Positions 1 through 9,425 of a DNA stretch of 64,000 nucleotides are shown here, piece after piece. Position 1 is the stretch's first letter; each line of letters opens with the position of its first letter. The notes under the pieces are model-generated. The model ran no database searches and had not been told where the DNA came from. It saw only the letters and a list, made by a program, of their open reading frames with translations. Origin of the DNA: an uncultured archaeon (lineage in GTDB: Archaea; Asgardarchaeota; Lokiarchaeia; Sigyniarchaeales; SOKP01); assembly GCA_964486045.1 (NCBI GenBank), contig CAZALK010000003.1, forward strand, positions 96,001-160,000. Direction: 5' to 3'. A program made the position numbers and the translations under genes.

Positions 1-307
1 CTGCTGAATCTAAGATGAAAAATATTGTTAAAATAATCGTTAAACACGCTTGCAATGAATCTACAACTAAAATTATCATCTTCCGATTGAGCCTGTCTGA
101 AATAACACCAGCAAAAGGGGTTATGATAAGTAAAGGAATCAGGTTAATCAAACTTGCCAAGGATAACATTAATGGACTTTTTGTTACGTCAGTAATCCAC
201 ACAAATATTACAAAATAGACAATTAATGATCCTAATAACGAAAATAATTGCCCAAACCAAAATTCCATATAATTTCTTAGGCTTTTCTGATTAACTGTTT
301 CTTGCAA
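1..307 (-). CDS. MFS transporter (DHA3/MefA-like), 3' part outside the window
   Basis: Not in ORF track. Hand translation from TTG at 307: MQETVNQKSLRNYMEFWFGQLFSLLGSLIVYFVIFVW...PFAGVISDRLNRK, with MFS motif A; clearly paralogous to the two neighbouring MFS genes. Confidence 0.85.
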   Translation of the reverse strand, partial: MQETVNQKSLRNYMEFWFGQLFSLLGSLIVYFVIFVWITDVTKSPLMLSLASLINLIPLLIITPFAGVISDRLNRKMIILVVDSLQACLTIILTIFFILDSA

Positions 308-497
308 TTAAGTCTATCTCACAAATTTTTCGCTTTAATTTTCAAATATTTCATTAAATTTTAAAATTATTATCAAAAATGGTTCGGGAATTTCCAAATA
401 AAACCATATTATTATAAAAAGAGATATAAATGCTTAAAGTGAATCTACTATTTCTATTATTGTTTTTAAGAAATCTCTGGGCACTATATATTTATTC

Positions 498-1775
498 TTA
501 TTTATAGATGTTATTTATTTTTTCTACTATAACTTCAAAATTATCAAAATCCACATGGCGTATTTTTGTAAAACGCCAAATTGAACATATAATTAATAAT
601 CCAATGACCCCGCTAAATAGAAAAACAATTCGAATCCCAATTAAATCGGCAAGAGGTCCTGAAATAATAGTTCCTAATGGGAACATCGCCATTGATAATG
701 ATTGGATTACGGAGGAGACTCTTCCCATCTTATCTGGAGGAACAGTAGTTTGTATTATCGTCATATAAATTGTATTTACAACTGGCAAAATAAATCCTAC
801 TATTCCTGTTCCTACCCATATTATTGAAAAGACCCTCGTCGGGGTAAAAGCTAAAACCGAGAACATTCCCATCAAAACCAACAAACCCGAAAAATAGATG
901 GTTACCTTATGTTCCCATTTCTTCTTTAATGTAGTCACAACTCCTCCTAAAATCATCCCCACATTAAGGCACACCATGATAAGGGCCAAATCAAAAGCCG
1001 TCCCCAAATGAGTTTGGCTAACATAGAAAGGTAATAAAACATTAATAGGGGAAACTAAAAAATTAAGAAATATGTCCAAAATCAGAAGAATTACCAATCC
1101 AGGGATCAGTTTGATTACTGTAATCCCCTCCTTGAAATCTCTCTTAAATGATGTGGGTTCCTTTTTTTCACTTATTTCAGCTAAGTTTCTTATACTAGGT
1201 ATTTTAATTAGTAATAAAGGAACAATAGCAATACAAAATGTAAATACATCAAGCCATAGAATTACTTCGAGGGGAAAAAATATATAAAGTGTCGCTCCTA
1301 TTACAGGTCCTATAAGTTGTATTAAACTTGTAAATAAGGAACTTACCCCATTTATTCTACTTAGTTTATCTTTAGGAACCATTGTGGGAACAATAGCACT
1401 TATGGCAGGCATATGAAATGCTTGACATACTCCCCTCAAACTGTTTATCAAAATAACTACTATAGGATTTGCAATACCAAAATAAAATAAAAAAATAATC
1501 CAAACCGTTACTAACGCTTGAAAAGAGTCTACGATTGCTATAAGTTTTTTACGATTCCATCTGTCTATTAGCACTCCTGCAATTGGAGTAATTAAAACAA
1601 TTGGTAAAAAATATAAGAAGGTACCGAGTGAAAGGAAGAAAATACTACCTGTAATCACTGTAATCCACCATGTAATAGCGAATTGAACTACTAGCGAACC
1701 CATGAGTGAAACTAATTGCCCCGACCAAAAAAAGAGATAACTCCTAAATGTATTATTATTTGCTAATTCTTCCAT
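498..1775 (-). CDS. MFS transporter (DHA3/MefA-like)
   Basis: About 12 hydrophobic segments; FFWSGQLVSLMGS, GVLIDRWNRK (motif A), VPPDKMGRV. Confidence 0.9.
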   Translation of the reverse strand: MEELANNNTFRSYLFFWSGQLVSLMGSLVVQFAITWWITVITGSIFFLSLGTFLYFLPIVLITPIAGVLIDRWNRKKLIAIVDSFQALVTVWIIFLFYFGIANPIVVILINSLRGVCQAFHMPAISAIVPTMVPKDKLSRINGVSSLFTSLIQLIGPVIGATLYIFFPLEVILWLDVFTFCIAIVPLLLIKIPSIRNLAEISEKKEPTSFKRDFKEGITVIKLIPGLVILLILDIFLNFLVSPINVLLPFYVSQTHLGTAFDLALIMVCLNVGMILGGVVTTLKKKWEHKVTIYFSGLLVLMGMFSVLAFTPTRVFSIIWVGTGIVGFILPVVNTIYMTIIQTTVPPDKMGRVSSVIQSLSMAMFPLGTIISGPLADLIGIRIVFLFSGVIGLLIICSIWRFTKIRHVDFDNFEVIVEKINNIYK

Positions 1776-1819
1776 ATTATATCCCCTAATTATCTAAAAA
1801 ATAGATTTTTAAAAAAATT

Positions 1820-3106
1820 TTAGATTGTTAAGCTTTCTATTTTTTCATTGATTTTTTCCATTTCACTTTTACTATCAAGGTCTACTTTCCTAATTCCTGT
1901 AAAACTCCAAAAAGCTATAGTAATAACTACTCCCGCTAATCCACCGAAGACAAACAAAGCTTGAATTCCTACTAAAAGTGCTAGGGGCCCAGAAATTAAA
2001 GAACCAATTGGTGATATCGCGGAAGAAAATGCACTATCTATTGAAGAAACCCTTCCTAATTTATCTGCAGGCACTGTAGTTTGAACAAATGTTTGATATA
2101 GTGTGTTTATTATTGGTAAATTAAACCCAAGGATTATACCGCCTATTCCCATAATAATAAATGAACCTGAAGGAGCCAGGGCAAAAATTATATACCCTCC
2201 CAAAGCCACTAGTATACTCACAAAAATTATCCGAATTTGTTTGTTCCATTTTTTCTTTATCATTGTGAATATAGCTCCGGCGATCATTCCTCCTGTAAAA
2301 GTCATCTCAACAAACGCTAGATGTCCTACTCCTCCTCCATGATTAATAATAAATAAAGGCATGAGAGTGGTAGCCGGTGTTAATATAAAATTAAGAAACA
2401 TCGATAATACTGCCATAATAATTAAACCGGGAACCATTTTTATCGTTTTAATACCTAATTTAAATTCTTTTAAAAAAGAAATCTTTTTAGCATCATCTTC
2501 AGAATGATTCAACTGTTTTACTGAGGGAATTGAAATCGCTAATAAAGGTACCAATGCGATAAAAAATGTGATTATATCTACCCAAAGTATTAGATACATG
2601 GATAAAAACACTAGTAACAGAGCCCCAACAAATGGCGCTAGGAGTTGAACTACACCTGTAAATAAAAAGTTGATTCCATTAATTTTGGTTAACTTATCTT
2701 TAGGAACCATTGTAGGAATGATTGAATTTACCACGGGTACATGGAATGCTTGAAATATACTCCGTATACCGATAAAAACCAATACAACCCCTATGTTTCC
2801 CAAACCAAATTGAAACATAATTATTAGTAAAAATGTCGTAAATGCCTGTGATGAGTCTGCAACTAAAATCAATGTCTTCCTATTCACTTTATCTGCAATA
2901 ACGCCGGCAATAGGCATAAACAATGTCATCATCAGTATAGATACAAATGTTGAGATTGCAAGTAAAATTTCGCTGTCGTAGACATCTGCAATCCACCAAG
3001 TTATCGCAAAAAATACAACCATAGAGCCAAGTAATGAAAATAATTGTCCTGACCAAAAAAATAAATAATTCCTAAAGGTCGTTTGATCTGCTAATTCCTC
3101 CATCAA
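1820..3106 (-). CDS. MFS transporter (DHA3/MefA-like)
   Basis: FFWSGQLFSLLGS, GVIADKVNRK, VPADKLGRV; paralog of 498..1775. Confidence 0.9.
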   Translation of the reverse strand: MMEELADQTTFRNYLFFWSGQLFSLLGSMVVFFAITWWIADVYDSEILLAISTFVSILMMTLFMPIAGVIADKVNRKTLILVADSSQAFTTFLLIIMFQFGLGNIGVVLVFIGIRSIFQAFHVPVVNSIIPTMVPKDKLTKINGINFLFTGVVQLLAPFVGALLLVFLSMYLILWVDIITFFIALVPLLAISIPSVKQLNHSEDDAKKISFLKEFKLGIKTIKMVPGLIIMAVLSMFLNFILTPATTLMPLFIINHGGGVGHLAFVEMTFTGGMIAGAIFTMIKKKWNKQIRIIFVSILVALGGYIIFALAPSGSFIIMGIGGIILGFNLPIINTLYQTFVQTTVPADKLGRVSSIDSAFSSAISPIGSLISGPLALLVGIQALFVFGGLAGVVITIAFWSFTGIRKVDLDSKSEMEKINEKIESLTI

Positions 3107-3133
3107 ATATCCCCTATAATATTCACGTTTTTT

Positions 3134-4267
3134 CTATACATTTTTTATCCTCCATTTTCCTTCCTCATAAATTACAGCATCATCTGCTATGATTTTTGAA
3201 CCAGGTACTTTCATATCCTTAAGTATATCCCAATGAACTGCAGATTTATTTGTTCCCCCACATTCTTCAAAACCATTACCTAGAGCAAGGTGTATTGTAC
3301 CACCAATTTTTTCATCAAATAACATGTTTTTGGTAAACTTTGTAATCCCAAAATTCGTACCAATAGCAAATTCTCCAAGTTTATTAGCATTTTCTATCTT
3401 TAATAGTTCTTTTAGAAGAGATTCACCTTTTTCTGCTTTTAAGATAGATACTTCACCTTCTTTAAATTCTAAATATATGTCTTCAATTTCTCTCCCGTAA
3501 TATATCCCAGGATACGTAAATCTTATATGACCATTTGCAGAATCCTCAATAGGGCTCGTAAAAATCTCTCCAACAGGTAAATTACTCTCACCACAAGCAT
3601 TTTCCCATTTTCTCCCCTTTACATTAAATGTTAGATCTGTGTCCTCTCCAATTACCTGGATTTTTTCAATATTATCTAAGTAATCAGTAATCATTTCTTG
3701 CTCTTTTTTCATTTTTCGCCATTCTTCAACTGGATTCTCTTTATGTAAAAATAAGCTTTTAAATACAAAATCCGAATATGAGAAAAGATCCATGTTGGCC
3801 TCCTGAGCATTCGCTTGACTAGGATAAGGAACAATAACCCACTTCATCTCCCCGCTAGCAGCCCGATGATCAAAAATCTCCATTAATTCTACTCGTTCCG
3901 GTGCTGAAGTTAATTTTACCATCTTTTCAGGCTCAATACCACTATATTTACGTGTATTGTAGTCTGCTCGAATTTGAATTAGACGATCAAATTTCTTTAA
4001 CATTGTTTTTTCACCATCATCTACGAATGATAACTGCTCATCAGATGCGTGTTTTAAGAAAAGTTCTCGCATCCCTTCTAATGTTGGAAGTGCCATAAGA
4101 TGAGCACCAGCTCTAACTATCTCAACATTTAATGCTAGAAATAACTCTCTTGCCAAACTGGGCCCTATAAGAGCCACTTGATGCCCTTTCTCTATCTCAA
4201 GTGAATACTTAATTACAATCTTTGCAAGCTTTTCATAATTATTATTGTACATATTTCCACCAATCAC
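3134..4267 (-). CDS. Aminopeptidase, M29 family (AmpT/AmpS-like)
   Basis: NLPxGEIFTSP, LGEFAIG, LFDEKIGGTIHLALG, SAVHWD metal-binding motifs. Confidence 0.92.
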   Translation of the reverse strand: MIGGNMYNNNYEKLAKIVIKYSLEIEKGHQVALIGPSLARELFLALNVEIVRAGAHLMALPTLEGMRELFLKHASDEQLSFVDDGEKTMLKKFDRLIQIRADYNTRKYSGIEPEKMVKLTSAPERVELMEIFDHRAASGEMKWVIVPYPSQANAQEANMDLFSYSDFVFKSLFLHKENPVEEWRKMKKEQEMITDYLDNIEKIQVIGEDTDLTFNVKGRKWENACGESNLPVGEIFTSPIEDSANGHIRFTYPGIYYGREIEDIYLEFKEGEVSILKAEKGESLLKELLKIENANKLGEFAIGTNFGITKFTKNMLFDEKIGGTIHLALGNGFEECGGTNKSAVHWDILKDMKVPGSKIIADDAVIYEEGKWRIKNV

Positions 4268-4297
4268 TTTTGTATTTTTTTTTTTCCTTTTTTATTC

Positions 4298-5218
4298 TTA
4301 TAGGGTGTCTATTACTTCATTTAGTTTTGAAATTACTTCTTCAGGAGTACTTGTGAAATTAAACACTCCTGCATCTAAATCCAAATCACCATCAATCCCT
4401 TCAGCTGCTAATTCATAAATTATATTTTCGGCTTCTTCCTTAGAAATTTCAAGCGCTTGAGATAGTTTTTCAATGGGGAGTGTTTTTTGAAGCTTTATTA
4501 ATCCTTGGATTCGTTTTTTAATCCTCTCTTTTTGAGCCCCATTCTGAGATTTTTCAACCTTAACTTTCTTAGATTGCTTCTTAAATTTACGGTCTAATTC
4601 CCTGCCTAATTCTTCTATCCCCGAATTTTCTACTGCATGTTCTATTTTTGCCCCCATCTTTTCCATTTTTCGTCCCCATTGCTCTATTTTTGCGATGTCA
4701 CCGATATTATTTTTGACAAATTTCATCGATTTTCGAACTAGCTCTGAAACTGAAGCTCCTAAACCATCAGCCCAATCTCTCCATTCTTCACTCATCTCAG
4801 GGTCAACCGAGATATTAATTCTTTTTACTGCTTTTTCCACTTTTTTTCTAACTTTTTTGTCAAATTTTGCTTCATGCCCTTCAATTTTCTTTTTAAGACG
4901 TTGTAGCTTCTTATTTGCCTTTGTGACATGCTCTCTTGCATCATCTCCATGATGCTCTAACTCTCCTTTAATTTCTCCCAGTTCTTTAAGTAAATCATTT
5001 CTTTCTTCAATCAGATCTTCCAAATCGTCCTTTAAGTCTTCTTTAATATCATCAGCTTCTTCATTTAAATCCTCTATTACATCCTGTAAATTATCATGGA
5101 TATCCTCTAATTCATGCTTAAGTTCATCACGAAGGCTATCTATTTTCCATTTTACCTTCCCACCATCATCTTTATTTTCTTCTTTTTCTTTCCTCTCTTC
5201 ATCTTTCGACATACTCAT
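4298..5218 (-). CDS. Coiled-coil protein with central ribbon-helix-helix and C-terminal winged-helix-like domain (putative regulator)
   Basis: Acidic heptad-rich N-terminus; KRINISVDPEMSEEWRDWADGLGASVSELVRKSM fits the CopG/RHH pattern; LPIEKLSQALEISKEEAENIIYELAAEGIDG fits a wHTH; GGAG SD upstream. Confidence 0.65.
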   Translation of the reverse strand: MSMSKDEERKEKEENKDDGGKVKWKIDSLRDELKHELEDIHDNLQDVIEDLNEEADDIKEDLKDDLEDLIEERNDLLKELGEIKGELEHHGDDAREHVTKANKKLQRLKKKIEGHEAKFDKKVRKKVEKAVKRINISVDPEMSEEWRDWADGLGASVSELVRKSMKFVKNNIGDIAKIEQWGRKMEKMGAKIEHAVENSGIEELGRELDRKFKKQSKKVKVEKSQNGAQKERIKKRIQGLIKLQKTLPIEKLSQALEISKEEAENIIYELAAEGIDGDLDLDAGVFNFTSTPEEVISKLNEVIDTL

Positions 5219-5226
5219 TCCTCCTT

Positions 5227-5940
5227 TTACATATCCTCTTTATTTATTTTTCTTGGTAATTTTAAATCTACAGCAGAAATTTGAACAGCCCCATGAGTTA
5301 AAATAGATTTTTCGTCTATTTCTATCTTATCTACATAATAAACTGTTCCCATTACCTCCGTACCTCTACCAATTTTTACGATTCGACCTTTAACATCTTC
5401 TTCAACTAGGGTTCTTATAAGAATGATATTATTATTAGCATTAACGCTTCCATGCACTTTACCAGGATGTTTAAAAACATTTCTACCTCTTAAGGCTCGT
5501 CCTCGACCTATGAACACGCTATTTCCAGTGACGTCTCCATAAATTGTTGTAGATCCCGTAATATCAATAGTGTTTCTTGATAAGAGATCACCTTTAACGA
5601 TAAATGAACCTGAAGATCTAATTCCTTGAAGAGCTTCTACATTGTTTCCTGCTCTTAAGGAACCTGAACTTGAAAATGCACCTTTAACAAAAATTCCCCC
5701 TTCTACTCTAGATGAACCAGACGATGTTGCAATCCCATCACCATGAATAGCTCCCATAAGTCTAAATGACCCTGACGATCTAAGATCTCCATGAACCGTT
5801 AGATCTCCTGATCCCCGAAAAGAACCAGATGATTGAAAATTTTTACACTCAAAATTTCCATCAATTCTGGCCGAACCCGATACGTGCAAATCGTCATCAA
5901 TTTTTCCTGCTGAAAGTCTTCCTGACCCAGAAATTCTCAT
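5227..5940 (-). CDS. Bactofilin-like polymer-forming beta-helix protein
   Basis: About 8 repeats of 17-18 aa with an SSGSxRxxGx core; C-terminal V.G..V.IG.GTEV.G.VYY resembles Bacillus YhbE/YhbF-type proteins; GAGGT SD. Confidence 0.75.
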   Translation of the reverse strand: MRISGSGRLSAGKIDDDLHVSGSARIDGNFECKNFQSSGSFRGSGDLTVHGDLRSSGSFRLMGAIHGDGIATSSGSSRVEGGIFVKGAFSSSGSLRAGNNVEALQGIRSSGSFIVKGDLLSRNTIDITGSTTIYGDVTGNSVFIGRGRALRGRNVFKHPGKVHGSVNANNNIILIRTLVEEDVKGRIVKIGRGTEVMGTVYYVDKIEIDEKSILTHGAVQISAVDLKLPRKINKEDM

Positions 5941-6048
5941 ACTTATTATACCTCTTCTTGTTATAACTTCTCGATTTAATTATTATTTTTGTTATTATTA
6001 TCATTATTCTTTGTAAGAATTTTAAAAAAAATATTTGATAAATTTAAT

Positions 6049-6126
6049 CTAGTACCTATACATTAATTTTGAATAGGTATTGGCTTTTACTCGCTCCAAA
6101 TCTTCATAACTTTTTGATTTTTTCAT
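6049..6126 (-). CDS. Putative 25-aa peptide MKKSKSYEDLERVKANTYSKLMYRY
   Basis: ATG at 6126 with GGAGGT SD at canonical spacing; TAG at 6049-6051; below ORF-track cutoff. Confidence 0.55.
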   Translation of the reverse strand: MKKSKSYEDLERVKANTYSKLMYRY

Positions 6127-6245
6127 GATGTTTTACCTCCAATTTTTTTGGTTAATTTTTTTTAGGTTTTTTTTTTTTGAATAATTATTTGATAATTTTT
6201 ATGACTGTGAACGTGAATACACTTTTAAAAAAAAAGAGTGTGTAA

Positions 6246-6320
6246 TTATTGAATTCTATTGACGTAATACATATTTTTGATAATTATTAATTCCTTCTCA
6301 TCTAATCTTTTTCTATTCAT
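6246..6320 (-). CDS. Putative 24-aa peptide MNRKRLDEKELIIIKNMYYVNRIQ
   Basis: ATG at 6320 with GAGGT SD; TAA at 6246-6248; first ORF after the TATA box. Confidence 0.5.
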   Translation of the reverse strand: MNRKRLDEKELIIIKNMYYVNRIQ

Positions 6321-6348
6321 TTTTTTAACCTCTTATTTTTTTTTTCAG

Positions 6349-6407
6349 TGTGTTTTTTTATTTTTTTGTTGTGTACTGATCTATAATTAGTGTGTATCAT
6401 ATATAAA
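6349..6407 (-). promoter_or_regulatory. Archaeal TATA box followed by three 21-bp-phased TGTGT(A/T) repeats (putative operator)
   Basis: TTTATATA on the minus strand at 6400-6407; plus-strand TGTGTT at 6349, TGTGTA at 6370 and TGTGTA at 6391. Confidence 0.55.
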
Positions 6408-6738
6408 TGTTTTGATTTGAAAAATGATGTGAAATGCGTTTTGATGGGCGATATTGATTTCTAATACAATTTTAATGAATTTTAGTGTCTGAGAAAAAGG
6501 TGTGGAAAAAGTTTGTGTATTGAATATTAAAAAATAGTTGAGTTTTTTAAAAAGAAGAAAACGGGGCTTGAGAGCACATTTTTTGCGGTGTGTATAGTTG
6601 TATAAAAATATTAACTTCTAGTTAATTAAGAAATATCACAAAAGAGCAAATTTATTTAATATTTGAAAATATCTTTAGAAAATAGGGAAGGGAAATTAAT
6701 TAGAGGATAATTTGGGCTATCATTGGATTTCGCCCTCT

Positions 6739-6760
6739 ATTAAACTCTATAGAGTTTAAT
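6739..6760. repeat. Perfect 22-bp palindrome ATTAAACTCTATAGAGTTTAAT
   Basis: Sequence equals its own reverse complement. Confidence 0.85.
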
Positions 6761-7126
6761 CTCTCCCTGATTATTTTATTTCAGCTCAGATTTCTTTTCC
6801 CTTCTCTTCTTGGAATAAAATACGGATTTTCCCACTATAATACCAGCCTATGCGATTTTTGTATCAATTTGGTTTGTAGATAAAAGAGGATTTTAGCCCT
6901 CTTCTCTCCCTATTCATTTTTTGTCTGTAATCTGATAAATAATTTTCTAATGGAAAGTTTACACAAAGTCTTAGACTTGTTTTAGACTGAATAGTGAAAT
7001 TTATCCTAATCCATTTTGTCTTGATTTTACGAGGTAGATTAAAAATAGCAAAATTAAGAGGCAGTAAATCAGAAGTAGCATTAAGTTAAGAGTCTTATTA
7101 TTTTAAAATTTTTGTTACAAATATTC

Positions 7127-7546
7127 TCATGGGAATTTTTGCGAATTTTGAAACGCTTTTGCTTTCTGTAACAATTTTTTAGCGTTATCATATGTTAAAC
7201 GTCTGAATGCTTTATGAAATGTCAACCAGACGTAATCTTCATGCTCATAACTTATTTTAACATCTTTAGTGTTAGCTTTGATAAGGTAACAATTTACGTA
7301 CTTATGAATCCTCTGACCTTTAAAAGTAAAGGAATATTCGTATTTTTCTTTGAATCCTTTTATAATTATCGCTTCAGTAATACTCGTCTCTTCTTCTAAT
7401 TCCCTTAAAATTGTTTGCTCATCAGATTCATTTTCTTCTATATGACCTTTTACAAATTCCCAATGACCTAAGCCATATTTAAGTAGTAAATATTCATTTT
7501 CATTATATACGATTGCTGCAACTGAAAATTCTTCTTTTAAATTCAT
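7127..7546 (-). CDS. NUDIX hydrolase (Ap4A hydrolase-like)
   Basis: HWEFVKGHIEENESDEQTILRELEEETSI Nudix box; ISYEHEDYVW. Confidence 0.9.
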   Translation of the reverse strand: MNLKEEFSVAAIVYNENEYLLLKYGLGHWEFVKGHIEENESDEQTILRELEEETSITEAIIIKGFKEKYEYSFTFKGQRIHKYVNCYLIKANTKDVKISYEHEDYVWLTFHKAFRRLTYDNAKKLLQKAKAFQNSQKFP

Positions 7547-7671
7547 CTTTACCCAAAATTATTCAGTGATTACAATAGATCATTTTTTAAATCCTTATAT
7601 TTTGAAATAGTTTTCTAAATTAAAATAATATAAGCAATTATTCACATTCAGTATAACTTTTTGATTAAAAA

Positions 7672-8454
7672 TTGATAAAGCATATCAAAGATAAGGAATC
7701 TTTACATAATCGATTTATGGAAGATATTTATTTATTTGCATATCATATTGGGGACCTTGATGATTTCTACTTTTCAGATTGTACATGGTTTGGGTTAGAA
7801 GAAAACGAGCAATTAAAAGAAGTGATCTTATTATATACAGGTTTAAAAGTTCCTACACTCCTAGTATTTGGATCACCCGAGAAAATACCTTCTTTAATCG
7901 AAGGGATAATTGAAAAGCTTCCTGATCAGTTCTATTGTCATTATCAAGAGGATTTTCATAAATATTTCGAGTCAGATTATCAAATGACGTTTTTGGGAGG
8001 CCACCTGAAGATGAAATTTGAAGGAGAATTTGCTAAACTCTCTATTATTGATACAAATGGAACTTTCCAGCTTAACGAAGATAATGAGCCAAATCTTCTT
8101 TCATTATATCAAGCTGCCTATCCTGATGGTTATTTTATACCATACATGTTAAAAACAGGTAAATATTATGGAGTAGAAGCTGAAAAAAAAATAGTATCTA
8201 TTGCAGGAGTTCATGTTTTCTCTTCATTATATAACATAGCTGTTTTGGGAAACATCACTACACATCCTAATTTTCGAGGAAGAGGTTTAGCAAAAAAATG
8301 CATTGTACGATTGTTGGAATCGTTTAATGGAGTAATAGATCATATTGGGTTAAATGTTAAGAAAGATAACCTGATTGCCCTTAAATTATATGAGAAATTA
8401 GGTTTTAAGGTTCATTCTACTTACAAAGAGGCACATTTTGAAAGAATTTCATGA
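7672..8454 (+). CDS. GNAT family N-acetyltransferase
   Basis: NITTHPNFRGRGLA motif A; N..A..LYEKLGF motif B. Confidence 0.88.
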   Translation: MIKHIKDKESLHNRFMEDIYLFAYHIGDLDDFYFSDCTWFGLEENEQLKEVILLYTGLKVPTLLVFGSPEKIPSLIEGIIEKLPDQFYCHYQEDFHKYFESDYQMTFLGGHLKMKFEGEFAKLSIIDTNGTFQLNEDNEPNLLSLYQAAYPDGYFIPYMLKTGKYYGVEAEKKIVSIAGVHVFSSLYNIAVLGNITTHPNFRGRGLAKKCIVRLLESFNGVIDHIGLNVKKDNLIALKLYEKLGFKVHSTYKEAHFERIS

Positions 8455-8681
8455 AAGTATATACAAAATTTTTCTTTCATTTTTCAATTTAGTTTAAATT
8501 CTTGATTTTTTCTTAAAAAATATCTTTTAAAATCTTAAAGAGCTCCTATAATAGGATGTTTATAGATTTAAAAGGTCCAGACAAATCAATAATAAACAAC
8601 ATAAACAAATGAGAGATAAATAATTAAAGGATTATGAGAATATTTTTTAATAACAATTAATACTATTAAAAGTGATTCTAA

Positions 8682-9314
8682 GTGCCCATAACACCAATGC
8701 ACTATCCTGTTGCTTGGGGGCTATCGAAACTCGACAAAAGGCTGAATTTACCAGGATTAATTGTTGGGTCTTTCATACCCGATATTGAAGTTCCTATTTT
8801 ATTGTTTTTCTTTTCTGGAACGCTTCCTGATCATTTTGTTCTGCATAGTTTAATCGGTGCATTTACAATAGGAACTTTCATCTCGATATTTGTAACGGTT
8901 TACTTGTATCCACTTCTAACTTCTCTGCTCTTTCATCTCGATAAAGCAAAAATAAAAGGAGTATGTAGATTTTCACCGAGTTTAGCATTATCATGTATGC
9001 TTGGGAATTTATTCCACATTTTTTTAGACATCCCAATGCATCCATTCAATCCTGTTTTATGGCCATTTGTTGATCCTTATAGCATTGTAGGTATATTAAT
9101 TCTAGTTTTTGCAGTAGAGGGAGATATAGCTAGGGGATTTTTATATGCGAGGATTTTAGTGAATATTCTGATGATTACATTCATGGGAATACTACTTGCT
9201 ATCATCATTGTTAAAAACAGGAAAAATCTATGGGAGCAAATTTTAGTAGGTAAAATCCTTTCGAAACCTTTGAAGGAGAATAATAGTACCAAAATCAGAA
9301 GTTTGGAAAATTGA
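8682..9314 (+). CDS. Membrane protein, DUF4184/metal-dependent hydrolase-like
   Basis: MPITPMH, GSFIPDIE, HSLIG, HIFLD motifs with TM segments. Confidence 0.75.
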   Translation: MPITPMHYPVAWGLSKLDKRLNLPGLIVGSFIPDIEVPILLFFFSGTLPDHFVLHSLIGAFTIGTFISIFVTVYLYPLLTSLLFHLDKAKIKGVCRFSPSLALSCMLGNLFHIFLDIPMHPFNPVLWPFVDPYSIVGILILVFAVEGDIARGFLYARILVNILMITFMGILLAIIIVKNRKNLWEQILVGKILSKPLKENNSTKIRSLEN

Positions 9315-9425
9315 AAGGTTACTATAATTTTAAAAAATTTAACAGGATGGTAAAAAATAAGATTATCGTGTTATCTTCTAAAATTTTAAAAAAAAATATA
9401 GGATTAAGAGAAAGAAAAAGGAAAA

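Noticed and set aside
6780-7100. Transposase remnant
   Set aside because: Short basic reading fragments only; no catalytic motif or terminal repeats
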